This document shows, in pieces, positions 35,697-47,438 of a stretch of 64,000 nucleotides of DNA. The notes below the pieces were generated by a model that was not told where the DNA came from, did not search any database, and saw only the letters and a program-made list of their open reading frames with translations. The stretch is from Eledone cirrhosa (taxonomy: Eukaryota). The translations under genes and the position numbers were made by a program. The stretch lies in NCBI GenBank assembly GCA_964016885.1, contig OZ024744.1, positions 104,284,001 through 104,348,000 of the forward strand. The letters are read 5' to 3'. Position 1 is the stretch's first letter; each line of letters begins with the position of its first letter.

Positions 35697-36391
35697 GTGA
35701 ACGGCAAAGCATAAACGAACTAAGGAAAAAATTAGAAATAAGAGGGATCAGATGTTGTTTACTCGAGAGAAGGCTACGTTGGTATGGACACGTGATGCGC
35801 ATGAAAGTCGATAGCTGTATAACAAAGTGCAGGGCAATAAAGATAGACGGTAGCCACGGAATAGGCAGACCTAGAAAAACCTGGGACGAGCTGATAAACT
35901 CCGACCTCACACACTTACACCTCTCCAAGACAATGTCACTGGACCGAGACCTTTGGCGGTACTCAGTAACAGAGAAGACCCGCCTTACCTAAATACATAG
36001 TAAAACCTACTACAGCCAGTAGGCATCTCTAACAAAATACCCCCCCCCCGTCCCACCACCACCACCCCCACCCCATCCACACCACCCCGTTCTATGTAAA
36101 GTTATGTTGGTGCCACACCATCCAGGCCGAAACAAATGAGATTGTGTAGGTGTCACGACAAAAAAACACACAGTCCACGCTGTAATGTGGCCGTGTAGGC
36201 AACACGGTAAAAACCTCCCAGCCCCACACTGTAAATGTGGTTGGTGTTAGGAAGGGCATCCAACTGTAGAAAACATGCCAGACAGTCCTATGCGAGCAAG
36301 ACAATCACTCTTGCCTCAAGTGGGACTACCCCCGTCCAAACCCATGCAAGCGTGGAACACGGACGTTAAACGTTGATGATGATGATGATGA
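35692..36391 (+). mobile_element. 5'-truncated RTE LINE, near identical to 1300-1998
   Basis: Direct sequence comparison. (GAT)n tail. Confidence 0.93.
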
Positions 36392-36392
36392 T

Positions 36393-36563
36393 ATTCCGGG
36401 TTGAATCGGAGGTAACCACAGTAAGTAAGGTACTCAATACATTGCAGAGTATAAAAGTTTTAATATAGATGAGATTCTACAGGACTAGAACTGTTTCATT
36501 CCTGATGATTTCTAAAGAATGAAACAGTTCTAGTCCTGTAGAATCTCATCTATATTAAAACTA
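36393..36563 (+). mobile_element. Penelope-like fold-back remnant with HHR core (family I)
   Basis: Perfect inverted repeat 36457-36501 / 36517-36561. CTGATGA (36502)...GAAA (36521)-c agttcta g-TC. Confidence 0.7.
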
Positions 36564-36580
36564 TATATATATATATATAT

Positions 36581-39500
36581 ATAGTTATGTAATAAACAAC
36601 ATAAGGCAATTATTTCATTTACCAGTGGTTTCTTAAAAGCAAAAAAATTTTGCTTTCAATCATCAGAATGAAAAAATCCTGGTGTATTTATTGGCGTTAT
36701 ACACATATATGCTCATATATAGACACACCTACACCCCCCCCCCCCCCACACACACACATACACCCACATTCTGCCACAAATGTATATATATGTGCACATA
36801 TGTATATATATGTGCACGTACACGCGCGCATAAGCTCGTGCACCCACGCACCCATGCCCATACACACACACCAATACCCACCCACCCATACACATACAAC
36901 CACATACATACGCATCTACACACACACACACACACGCACATATACCCACACACATGTGTCCACACATAAAAAGAACTCGCGAACATAAACACAATATGAT
37001 AATAAAATAAAATATGTAAATAAATTTACAAAATTATAGGGTACATTAAATCTGTATGTCACTGCATAAAGGTGCAGGAAAAGAAGGGGTAACATAAAGG
37101 AACGGGTAAAATAAAAGAGAAAAAAAAAAAGAAAAAAAGAAAAAAAAGGAAAAAAGAAATGGGGGGGGGAGGGCTATATGAAAAGGTGCGTGCGTCCATG
37201 TGACGTACTACACAGGCATTATGAGATGCAGGCTCGTGTCCGTGTATACAACAGGTAACAGTAACAAAACAATGATATAACAATATTAACAATCACTTTT
37301 CCAAAGTGGAGTAGGTGTAGAGTATATAGTCACGATTGACGGTGTACACATTCAATGTGACGCCCGCCACGGTCGCCATGGGGCATGGCACCGTGTCTGG
37401 GGTATGCTGTTCTAAACGTTTAGTGCACAGGTCCGGGTGGCAGTGGGCCCCGTGTCAGCCGGTCCCGGTCCATGCGGTGCATCTTCCAATGTTGCGTGCC
37501 CGGTCACGTGCGCACCCGGTCTACATATGATTGCCCCGCGGGTCGGACGTCGTCATCATGGTATGTCGTCAGGTCCCCTAATCCTAATCCCGCTAGGCCA
37601 ATCGGGTCTGTACGTTCTCATTCTCGTGCCCCCTGGCTGCGTCACCCGGCGGATTCCATGCTGCAAAAGTGCATCTTCTCTGGTGTCTGCATGTCATGAT
37701 AATTTCAGACTTCAGGTTGACGGCACCATCCTTCAGTCTGACTATCTCCATGGCCTCGTGTAGGCACAGTCGGCACTTTCTACTTCCGCCCGAATATGCA
37801 GGCACGTGGCGAACGATACTCCATTCCAGGGCGTATGGGGTGCCGTGGTCTTTCATGTCCCACACGAGGTCCGCTAACCTAGTGGAGTGCCTTTTACTAC
37901 GGTCCCTGAAGGAATTTGTGTGATTATACATCCGCGATTTAAAGGTCGTGGCTGTTGCGCCTATGTAGGTTCGATGCGCATTCTGGGTCGTAACCACACA
38001 CTTGTATACTAGGTCCTTCATTAAGCATTTTCCCTGTAGGGGGCACTAGGTGCCCACTCTACAGTTGCAAGTTCTGCTGTCAATTCTTGTGCGTCCGATG
38101 TCCGGGCCCTGATCTGTAATGGCCCTCTCAAGGTTCTCAGTGTGCTGCACCGCCGCTACACTTGTCCCCCCCCCCCATGCCACTATTTCCCTCTCGGTGT
38201 TGGACCATATCGCCCTCGACGGGCGCTCTGGTCGCCTCGGGGGCCGGGTTGTCATTTGAAGGCAAGTCCCTAGGTGGTTCTCCGCGCTCCGAAACATGGT
38301 CACTCTGTCGGCGCGGCTGACGGCCAGTGTGCGCCATCTTCACCGCGTTAGTTCTACCCATGTAGTCGGCCATACTCGGCGCCGTGGAGAAGGAAAATTT
38401 CACCGTGTGGCGGTTGAAGATTTTGTGGTACTTATTTGTCGTCGGAAAGCACTCATCCAGCGCTCAGAAGAAAAGTCCTGGCACGTTGGTGCGTACATAT
38501 TTAGAGTAAGGCGCATTAAACCAGGTAACAGCCTTAGATCTGTTCCTTCGTGTGTGTGGATTTATATTGTTGTGTCTAGGGCTCGTTGCCGGCCCAGTGC
38601 TCTGCCCCACCTCAATTTCGTCTCGTGTGTTGTCCCTGTCTATTAGCCTGCTACGTTCGTCGTGGTTATATTCTACCGTTGTAAATTTACGTCGTTCTAT
38701 GTGGTCATCTATAAGTCTATTCCCCTTAGGTCTATGTGATGCTATTGTCAGTGCTGTGGCACTAGAACTAGACTGTTCGTGCTCCGTGGCGTGTGCCCCG
38801 TTTTTATTTATCGAAGTTCTGTCCAAGGTCCCAGTTTCCACCGAGTATGCAGTGTGTGTGCCAAGCCCATGCCTCAGCACACCGGGTGGTCTGGCTCCCA
38901 GGGGTGCCTTAGTCTTATCTCTGGTCGGTCCTGTGTCATTAATGTTAGTAGTGTTGTTATTTGTGTTCCTGGCTACTGCTACCGGGTCAATTCTTCTACC
39001 TAGGGAGGCGCCCCCACTATTGGCATTTCTGCACGCCATATCGTTAGGCTCTACTCTATCTGGGGTATGCGGCCCTGCGCAGTGCCTCATTATAATATTC
39101 GGTGTGCTGTTTAAACACTTCTGCGTTCGACGACAGGGTGGATACGCGTTTTGACACCCCTTTAACTATGGCTTCTATGACTGACTTAGGGTGATTCGAT
39201 TACCTGTTCACATATTACAGGTTTTCGTTGGGCTTATGGTACGGTCTGTGGATGCCCATATTCATTTCCAAGGTAACGTCCAGGAAATTGACCGTCTTAG
39301 TGCTAGTGTCAATTGTCACGGATAAGCCGTATTGTTTAAAGAAATGCGATATGCGCTCCATCTGACTGGGGTTAAGGGAACGGAAGGTGAAAAGTGCGTC
39401 GTCTCTGTATATTCCACCTCCGATCCCCGGGATCTCCTCCTTCAGCCTACGGATGAGATATATCCCCACCAGGTCGGTCACCTGTGCCGAGTCACTTGAC

Positions 39501-39903
39501 CCCATGGTGATATCGAAACTGTCGGGTCTGTCCCTCCTCTCCCATAACTTGTCTTCGAAACTAATTAGCGTCTTTCTGGCTGCTACTATTAGGTTGGTCT
39601 CGTCTCTAGTGAGGTTAGATCTGGCCATGGTGCTTATTAGGGCTTTATTAACTAGTATCGGAGATACCGTTGCGTAATAGCTATCTATGTCTAACTGGAT
39701 AAAATTTACTTGGTGTTTGTCATCTATGGCTGAGAACCAGTCAATTACCTCCTTAGTGGAGGTCCATAGGCTAAGCTTAGTTTTGTTTCTAAGTACCGGT
39801 ATTATCCTATCTATAATATTCTTACTGGTCTTTCCTAGGTCGGATTTGGAGGGTGCTATTAACCTAGCCGGTAGTTTAGTTTTAAAGTCTAATTTAAAGT
39901 CTA
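36581..39903 (-). mobile_element. 5'-truncated Penelope-like (Naiad-type) retroelement: RT, linker, CxCx5C, GIY-YIG, 3' pLTR
   Basis: FDITMGSSDSAQVTDLVG, GIYRDD, NFLDVTL, WFNAPYS, CNCRVGT*CPLQGKC, YIGAT...FKSRMYNH and CRLCLHE. Frameshifts and stops present. (TA)n at both ends. Confidence 0.93.
36613..36673 (-). ncRNA. Intact type I hammerhead ribozyme (family A)
   Basis: tttcatt-CTGATGA-ttgaaagcaaaa/ttttgcttttaa-GAAA-ccactgg-TA-aatgaaa. Perfect 7-bp stem I. Confidence 0.88.
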
Positions 39904-39957
39904 ATATATATATATCTTAAGTTATTGCCATTACCCTGCTTCAGTTCAATTTTAAAG

Positions 39958-40290
39958 TCCTGTACCACATGAAACCACATTAACAAGACATTCTTGAAAA
40001 GTACAAAACAACACTATGACTGTATCACATTAACTCTTAACATCCTGTACCTCATGAAACCACACTAACAAGACATTCTTGAAAAGTACAAAACAACACT
40101 ATGACTGTATCACATTAACTCTTAACATCCTGTACCACATGAAACCACATTAACAAGACATTCTTGAAAAGTACAAAACAGTACTATGACTGTATCACAT
40201 TAACTCTTAACATCCTGTACCACATGAAACCACACTAACAAGACATTCTTGAAAAGTACAAAACAGTACTTTGACTGTATCACATTAACT
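39958..40290. repeat. 85-bp minisatellite, ~4 copies
   Basis: Period 85 (tgtac at 39961, 40046...). A 20-bp inverted copy of the unit junction lies at 40411-40430. Confidence 0.95.
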
Positions 40291-40861
40291 ATTAAAGTAT
40301 TTACTCTAATACGATAAAATGTTCACAACAATCTGTCCACCAGTAAAGATACTATAAACATTTGAACTAACAAACCTGTTTTTTTTCTTCATATTTTCTG
40401 CTAAATTATTACAGGATGTTAAGAATTAATTAAACTAATCCTAATATATTACCAGATATTTTTGTCTAATATATTTTTTTGTTAAAAAATATTAATTTGA
40501 AGTAGCCTCTTCATTATAATACTTACAATAGTTCTACAGCTTTATCTAGTGTGTATGTCTTTGTTAACCAGGAGCTCTCTGCTGTCTGGATCATTTGAGG
40601 GATTATTTGGATTAATGCTTATAATCTGGCCACTGTAATCCCTAAACCTTGATGGCAATATTTTCCCCTATGCTCTGCTTTAGATTATCTTATATCTTCC
40701 TAACTTTGAATAATTCAATATTCAATTTCAGTATTAATTATATTGAATCTTTAATCCAGTTCTAAATCTCCATCTTACAGCCGACATCATAATTTCACCA
40801 ACGATCCTCCATAGGTCAGCTGCATATTTCAATTGGTTAATTTCTGATGCCATGAAACTAA

Positions 40862-43800
40862 AATACTACTAGTGTCATATATACCTAGTAAATGACACCA
40901 CAATACTACTAGTGTCAGATATAACTAGTAAATGACACCACAATACTACTAGTGTCAGATATAACTAGTAAATGACACCACAATACTACTAGTGTCATAT
41001 ATACCTAGTAAATGACACCACAATACTTCTAGTGTCAGATATACCGAGTAAATGACAACACAATACTACTAGTGTCAGATATAACTAGTAAATGACACCA
41101 TAATACTTCTAGTGTCAGATATACATAGTAAATGATACCACAATACTACTAGTGTCAGATATAACTAGTAAATGACACCGCAATACTACTAGTGTCAGAT
41201 ATACCTAGTAAATGACACCACAATACTACTAGTGTCAGATATACCTAGTAAATGACACCACAATACTACTAGTGTCAGATATACCTAGTAAATGACACCA
41301 CAATACTACTAGTATCAGATATACCTAGTAAATGACACCACAATACTACTAGTGTCAGATATACCTAGTAAATGACACCACAATACTACTAGTGTCAGAT
41401 ATACCTAGTAAATGATACCATAATACTACTAGTGTCAGATATACCTAGTAAATGACACCACAATACTACTAGTGTCAGATATACCTAGTAAATGACACCA
41501 CAATACTACTAGTGTCAGATATACCTAGCAAATGACACCACAATACTACTAGTGTCAGATATACCTAGTAAATGACACCACAATACTACTAGTATCAGAT
41601 ATACCTAGTAAATGACACCATAATACTACTAGTGTCAGATATACCTAGTAAATGACACCACAATACTACTAGTGTCAGATATACCTAGTAAATGACACCA
41701 CAATACTACTAGTGTCAGATATACCTAGTAAATGACACCATAATACTACTAGTGTCAGATATACCTAGTAAATGACACCACAATACTACTAGTGTCAGGT
41801 ATACCTAGTAAATGACACCACAATACTACTAGTGTCAGATATACCTAGTAAATGACACCACAATACTACTAGTGTCAGATAGAACTAGTAAATGACACCA
41901 CAATACTACTAGTGTCAGATATACCTAGTAAATGACACCACAATACTACTAGTGTCAGATATACCTAGTAAATGACACCATAATACTACTATTGTCAGAT
42001 ATACCTAGTAAATGACACCACAATACTACTAGTGTCAGGTATACCTAGTAAATGACACCACAATACTACTAGTGTCAGATATACCTAGTAAATGACACCA
42101 TAAAACTACTAGTGTTAGATATAACTAGTAAATGACACCACAATACTACTAGTGTCAGATATACCTAGTAAATGACACCATAATACTACTAGTGTTAGAT
42201 ATAACTAGTAAATGACACCATAATACTTCTAGTGTCATATATACCTAGTAAATGACACCATAATACTACTAGTGTCAGATATACCTAGTAAATGACACCA
42301 CAATACTAGTGTCAGATATACCTAGTAAATGATACCATAATACTACTAGTGTCAAATATACCTAGTAAATGACACCATAATACTAGTGTCAGATATACCT
42401 AGTAAATGACACCACAATACTACTAGTGTCAGATATACCTAGTAAATGACACCACAATACTACTAGTGTCAGATATACCTAGTAAATGACACCATAATGC
42501 TAGTGTCAGATATACCTAGTAAATGACACCACAATACTACTAGTGTCAGATATACCTAGTAAATGACACCACAATACTACTAGTGTCAGATATAACTAGT
42601 AAATGACACCATAATACTACTAGTGTCAGATATACCTAGTAAATGACACCATAATACTTCTAGTGTCAGATATACCTAGTAAATGATACCACAATACTAC
42701 TAGTGTCAGATATAACTAGTAAATGACACCACCATACTACTAGTGTCAGATATACCTAGTAAATGACACCACAATACTACTAGTGTCAGATATACCTAGT
42801 AAATGACACCACAATACTACTAGTGTCAGATATACCTAGTAAATGACACCACAATACTACTAGTGTCAGATATACCTAGTAAATGACACCACAATACTAC
42901 TAGTATCAGATATACCTAGTAAATGACACCATAATACTACTAGTGTCAGATATACCTAGTAAATGACACCACAATACTAGTGTCAGATATACCTAGTAAA
43001 TGATACCATAATACTACTAGTGTCAAATATACCTAGTAAATGACACCATAATACTAGTGTCAGATATACCTAGTAAATGACACCACAATACTACTAGTGT
43101 CAGATATACCTAGTAAATGACACCACAATACTACTAGTGTCAGATATACCTAGTAAATGACACCATAATGCTAGTGTCAGATATACCTAGTAAATGACAC
43201 CACAATACTACTAGTGTCAGATATACCTAGTAAATGACACCACAATACTACTAGTGTCAGATATAACTAGTAAATGACACCATAATACTACTAGTGTCAG
43301 ATATACCTAGTAAATGACACCATAATACTTCTAGTGTCAGATATACCTAGTAAATGATACCACAATACTACTAGTGTCAGATATAATTAGTAAATGACAC
43401 CACAATACTACTAGTGTCAGATATACCTAGTAAATGACACAACAATACTACTAGTATCAGATATACCTAGTAAATGACACCACAATACTACTAGTGTCAG
43501 ATATACCTAGTAAATGACACCACAATACTACTAGTGTCAGATATACCTAGTAAATGACACCACAATACTACTAGTATCAGATATACCTAGTAAATGACAC
43601 CATAATACTACTAGTGTCAGATATACCTAGTAAATGACACCACAATACTACTAGTGTCAGGTATACCTAGTAAATGACACCACAATACTACTAGTGTCAG
43701 ATATACCTAGTAAATGACACCATAATACTACTAGTGTTAGATATAACTAGTAAATGACACCACAATACTACTAGTGTCAGATATACCTAGTAAATGACAC

Positions 43801-45343
43801 CATAATACTACTAGTGTTAGATATAACTAGTAAATGACACCATAATACTTCTAGTGTCATATATACCTAGTAAATGACACCATAATACTACTAGTGTCAG
43901 ATATACCTAGTAAATGACACCACAATACTAGTGTCAGATATACCTAGTAAACGATACCATAATACTACTAGTGTCAAATATACCTAGTAAATGACACCAT
44001 AATACTAGTGTCAGATATACCTAGTAAATGACACCACAATACTACTAGTGTCAGATATACCTAGTAAATGACACCACAATACTACTAGTGTCAGATATAC
44101 CTAGTAAATGACACCATAATGCTAGTGTCAGATATACCTAGTAAATGACACCACAATACTCCTAGTGTCAGATATACCTAGTAAATGACACCACAATACT
44201 ACTAGTGTCAGATATAACTAGTAAATGACACCACAATACTAGTGTCAGATATAACTAGTAAATGACACCACAATACTACTAGTGTCAGATATAACTAGTA
44301 AATGATACCACAATACTACTAGTGTCAGATATACCTAGTAAATGACACCACAATACTACTAGTGTTATATATACCTAGTAAATGACACCATAATACTACT
44401 AGTGTCAGATATACCTAGTAAATGACACCACAATACTACTAGTGTCAGATATACCTAGTAAATGACACCACAATACTACTAGTGTCAGATATAACTAGTA
44501 AATGACAGCACAATACTACTAGTGTCAGATATACCTAGTAAATGATACCATAATACTACTAGTGTCAGATATACCTAGTAAATGACACCACAATACTACT
44601 AGTGTCAGATATACCTAGTAAATGACACCACAATACTACTAGTGTCAGATATACCTAGTAAATGACACCATAATACTACTAGTGTCAGATATACCTAGTA
44701 AATGACACCACAATACTACTAGTGTCAGGTATACCTAGTAAATGACAGCACAATACTACTAGTGTCAGATATACCTAGTAAATGATACCATAATACTACT
44801 AGTGTCAGATATACCTAGTAAATGACACCACAATACAACTAGTGTCAGATATACCTAGTAAATGACACCACAATACTACTAGTCTTAGATATACCTAGTA
44901 AATGACACCACAATACTACTAGTGTCAGATATACCTAGTAAATGACACCACAATACTACTAGTGTCAGATATACCTAGTAAATGACACCATAATACTACT
45001 AGTGTCAGATATACCTAGTAAATGACACCACAATACTACTAGTGTCAGGTATACCTAGTAAATGACACCACAATACTACTAGTGTCAGATATACCTAGTA
45101 AATGACACCACAATACTACTAGTGTCAGATAGAACTAGTAAATGACACCACAATACTACTAGTGTCAGATATACCTAGTAAATGACACCACAATACTACT
45201 AGTGTCAGATATACCTAGTAAATGACACCATAATACTACTATTGTCAGATATACCTAGTAAATGACACCACAATACTACTAGTGTCAGGTATACCTAGTA
45301 AATGACACCACAATACTAGTGTTAGTTATTCCTAGTAAATGAC
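40862..45343. repeat. 40-bp satellite array 1
   Basis: Unit actactagtgtcagatatacctagtaaatgacaccacaat, with 37-bp variants lacking one tac. Confidence 0.98.
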
Positions 45344-46047
45344 TGAACTTTAGTGAAAATATTTGCTGAGAAAAGTTTTTACAAATGTTATTATATTTGT
45401 GGAGGATCGTTGTAAAAATTTGCAATATTAGAATAAAGACTTTAATTTTTATATTTGTGGACGGCCATGTTGTTATAATATTGCCAGAAAAATATAGTAA
45501 AACACACTCACTGTTTGGTTACAATTGTTTTTATGCAGCTTGGTTTTTAACTTACTCTATAAGATATTTTTAACTGGCCATTCACAGAAGGGAACTATCT
45601 GATCCCAAATAAATATCAACTTATTCATATTCAATTGTATATATTTATAGACAAAATGATAAAAAAGAAAAAAAATATAAAGAAAAGAAGAATGACAGAA
45701 AAAGAGGTGGTTGTGGGGTGGGGGAATTTATATCCTTGGCTGGGTGATAACATCTCAGCTGCACGCCTGGGATAGGTAAGATGGTGAAATCTTTGCAGTG
45801 GAGGGCAGCCAGCAATGCGCACTACATCAGCCACTCCACCTCAGAAAGCTGCTTCTTCTGGTGAGATGCTCTCCTCCCAATTTAATGGAAGAAAACAGCA
45901 GTCTAGGAACCAATGTCACTGGAATTCATGATAACAACCAGCAGAAACAGGAACTAGTCAGTTGATGCCTGGTTTTTGGTTAGATATATTAAAAGAGAAA
46001 CACACTCAGATTATGTGAAATTGTTTAAGAAATACTTCTGTTAAATA

Positions 46048-46229
46048 ATTGTTTTTATGTTTGGCACAAGGCCAGCAATGACTCCAGTACATTACTGGTA
46101 CTATATTTTATCAACCCGCATAAGGATAAAAGGCAAAGTCAACCTTGGCGCGATTTGAACTCAGACCATAACTCTATACTGCAAAGTATGGTGTACAACC
46201 CTCTACCAGTACTGCCAATCCACCACCCT
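46048..46229 (-). mobile_element. Diverged SINE with ~20-bp TSD (also at ~57163-57346)
   Basis: Reverse complement of the 22059 SINE. aaatacttctgttaaataatt at ~46030 and ~46238. Confidence 0.85.
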
Positions 46230-46699
46230 AAATACTTAAATACTTCTGTTAAATAATTCAAATAAATACTTGTTAAATAATATCTAATAATACATCTGGA
46301 CTTTAAATCTTTGGTTATTATTTTGTTCTGATTCAGTATTGTTTGTGTTTATTGTGTTATATACAGAGCTTTTCTTGTGCATTGTTTTGTTGGTAGAGTT
46401 CAGTTTAGATAACAAAGGCAACAAGAGAGAAGTAGTTTCAGGTCACGCTTACACCCTAATCAATATCTCATCTTGAGAGTGGGCAAAGATGATATTGGTG
46501 TTTCTCTAATATTAGTTTCAGAGATTTTGCTAAGAATTCACAATTCTGATTGTTCAGCCATCCCCCGTCTTCCTGATTTGTGTAACTCTTGTATTTTGTG
46601 CTGTCTATGTTAGAATAAATATGTTGTTAATATATGTTACAAATTCTGGGAGAACTATTATACTTTTTAATCATCATTTATACAGAATTCCTTTCAGGT

Positions 46700-47271
46700 G
46701 CAGAAAACATACATAACATCCACGCTCTACTAGAAAACATATATAACATCCACCCTCTAATAGAAAACATATATAATAACATCCACCCTCTACTAGAAAA
46801 CATATAATAACATCCACCCTCTACTAGAAAACATATAATAACATCCACCCTCTACTAGAAAACATATCATAACATCCACCCTCTACTAGAAAACATATAT
46901 AACATCCACCCTCTACTAGAAAACATATATAATAACATCCACCCCTCTGCTAGAAAACATATCATAACATCCACACTCTACTAGAAAACATATAATAATA
47001 TCCACCCCTCTACTAGAAAACATATATAATAACATCCACACTCTACTAGAAAACATATATAATAACATCCACACTCTACTAGAAAACATATCATAACATC
47101 CACCCTCTACTAGAAAACATATAATAACATCCACCCTCTGCTAGAAAACATATATAACATCCACCCTCTACTAGAAAACATATATAATAACATCCATCCT
47201 CTACTAGAAAACAGATAATAACATCCACCCTCTACTAGAAAACATATATAATAACATCCACCCTCTACTAG
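46700..47271. repeat. 30-34-bp minisatellite (also 57818-58486 and 61390-62058)
   Basis: Unit aacatccaccctctactagaaaacatataat with TA/AAT slippage. Confidence 0.96.
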
Positions 47272-47438
47272 ATAATCTCCTCTTCCTATCAAGTAAAACA
47301 ACTTTTATGCTGCTCCCATGATAAGTAGGGTGGAGAGTTTGTACAGATGGTGAAGTGGATATGTATTATGCAGAAGATAGGGTGGAACCTGAGACAATGG
47401 GGGGTTAATAGAACTGAAGAAGAAATATTTTGATGAAA

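Larger units (their letters stand above)
45344..47438. repeat. Macrosatellite spacer copy 1
   Basis: Repeated at 56461, 60866 and 63672. Confidence 0.97.

Noticed and set aside
29845-37000. Numerous YI/CV/HT-rich ORFs
   Set aside because: Translations of (TA)n, (CA)n and (ACC)n microsatellites.
33813-38100. Selenocysteine recoding, as reported for some Naiad elements
   Set aside because: Conserved cysteines in both GIY-YIG regions are TGC/TGT. The in-frame stop at 38046-38048 is TAG at a non-Cys position.
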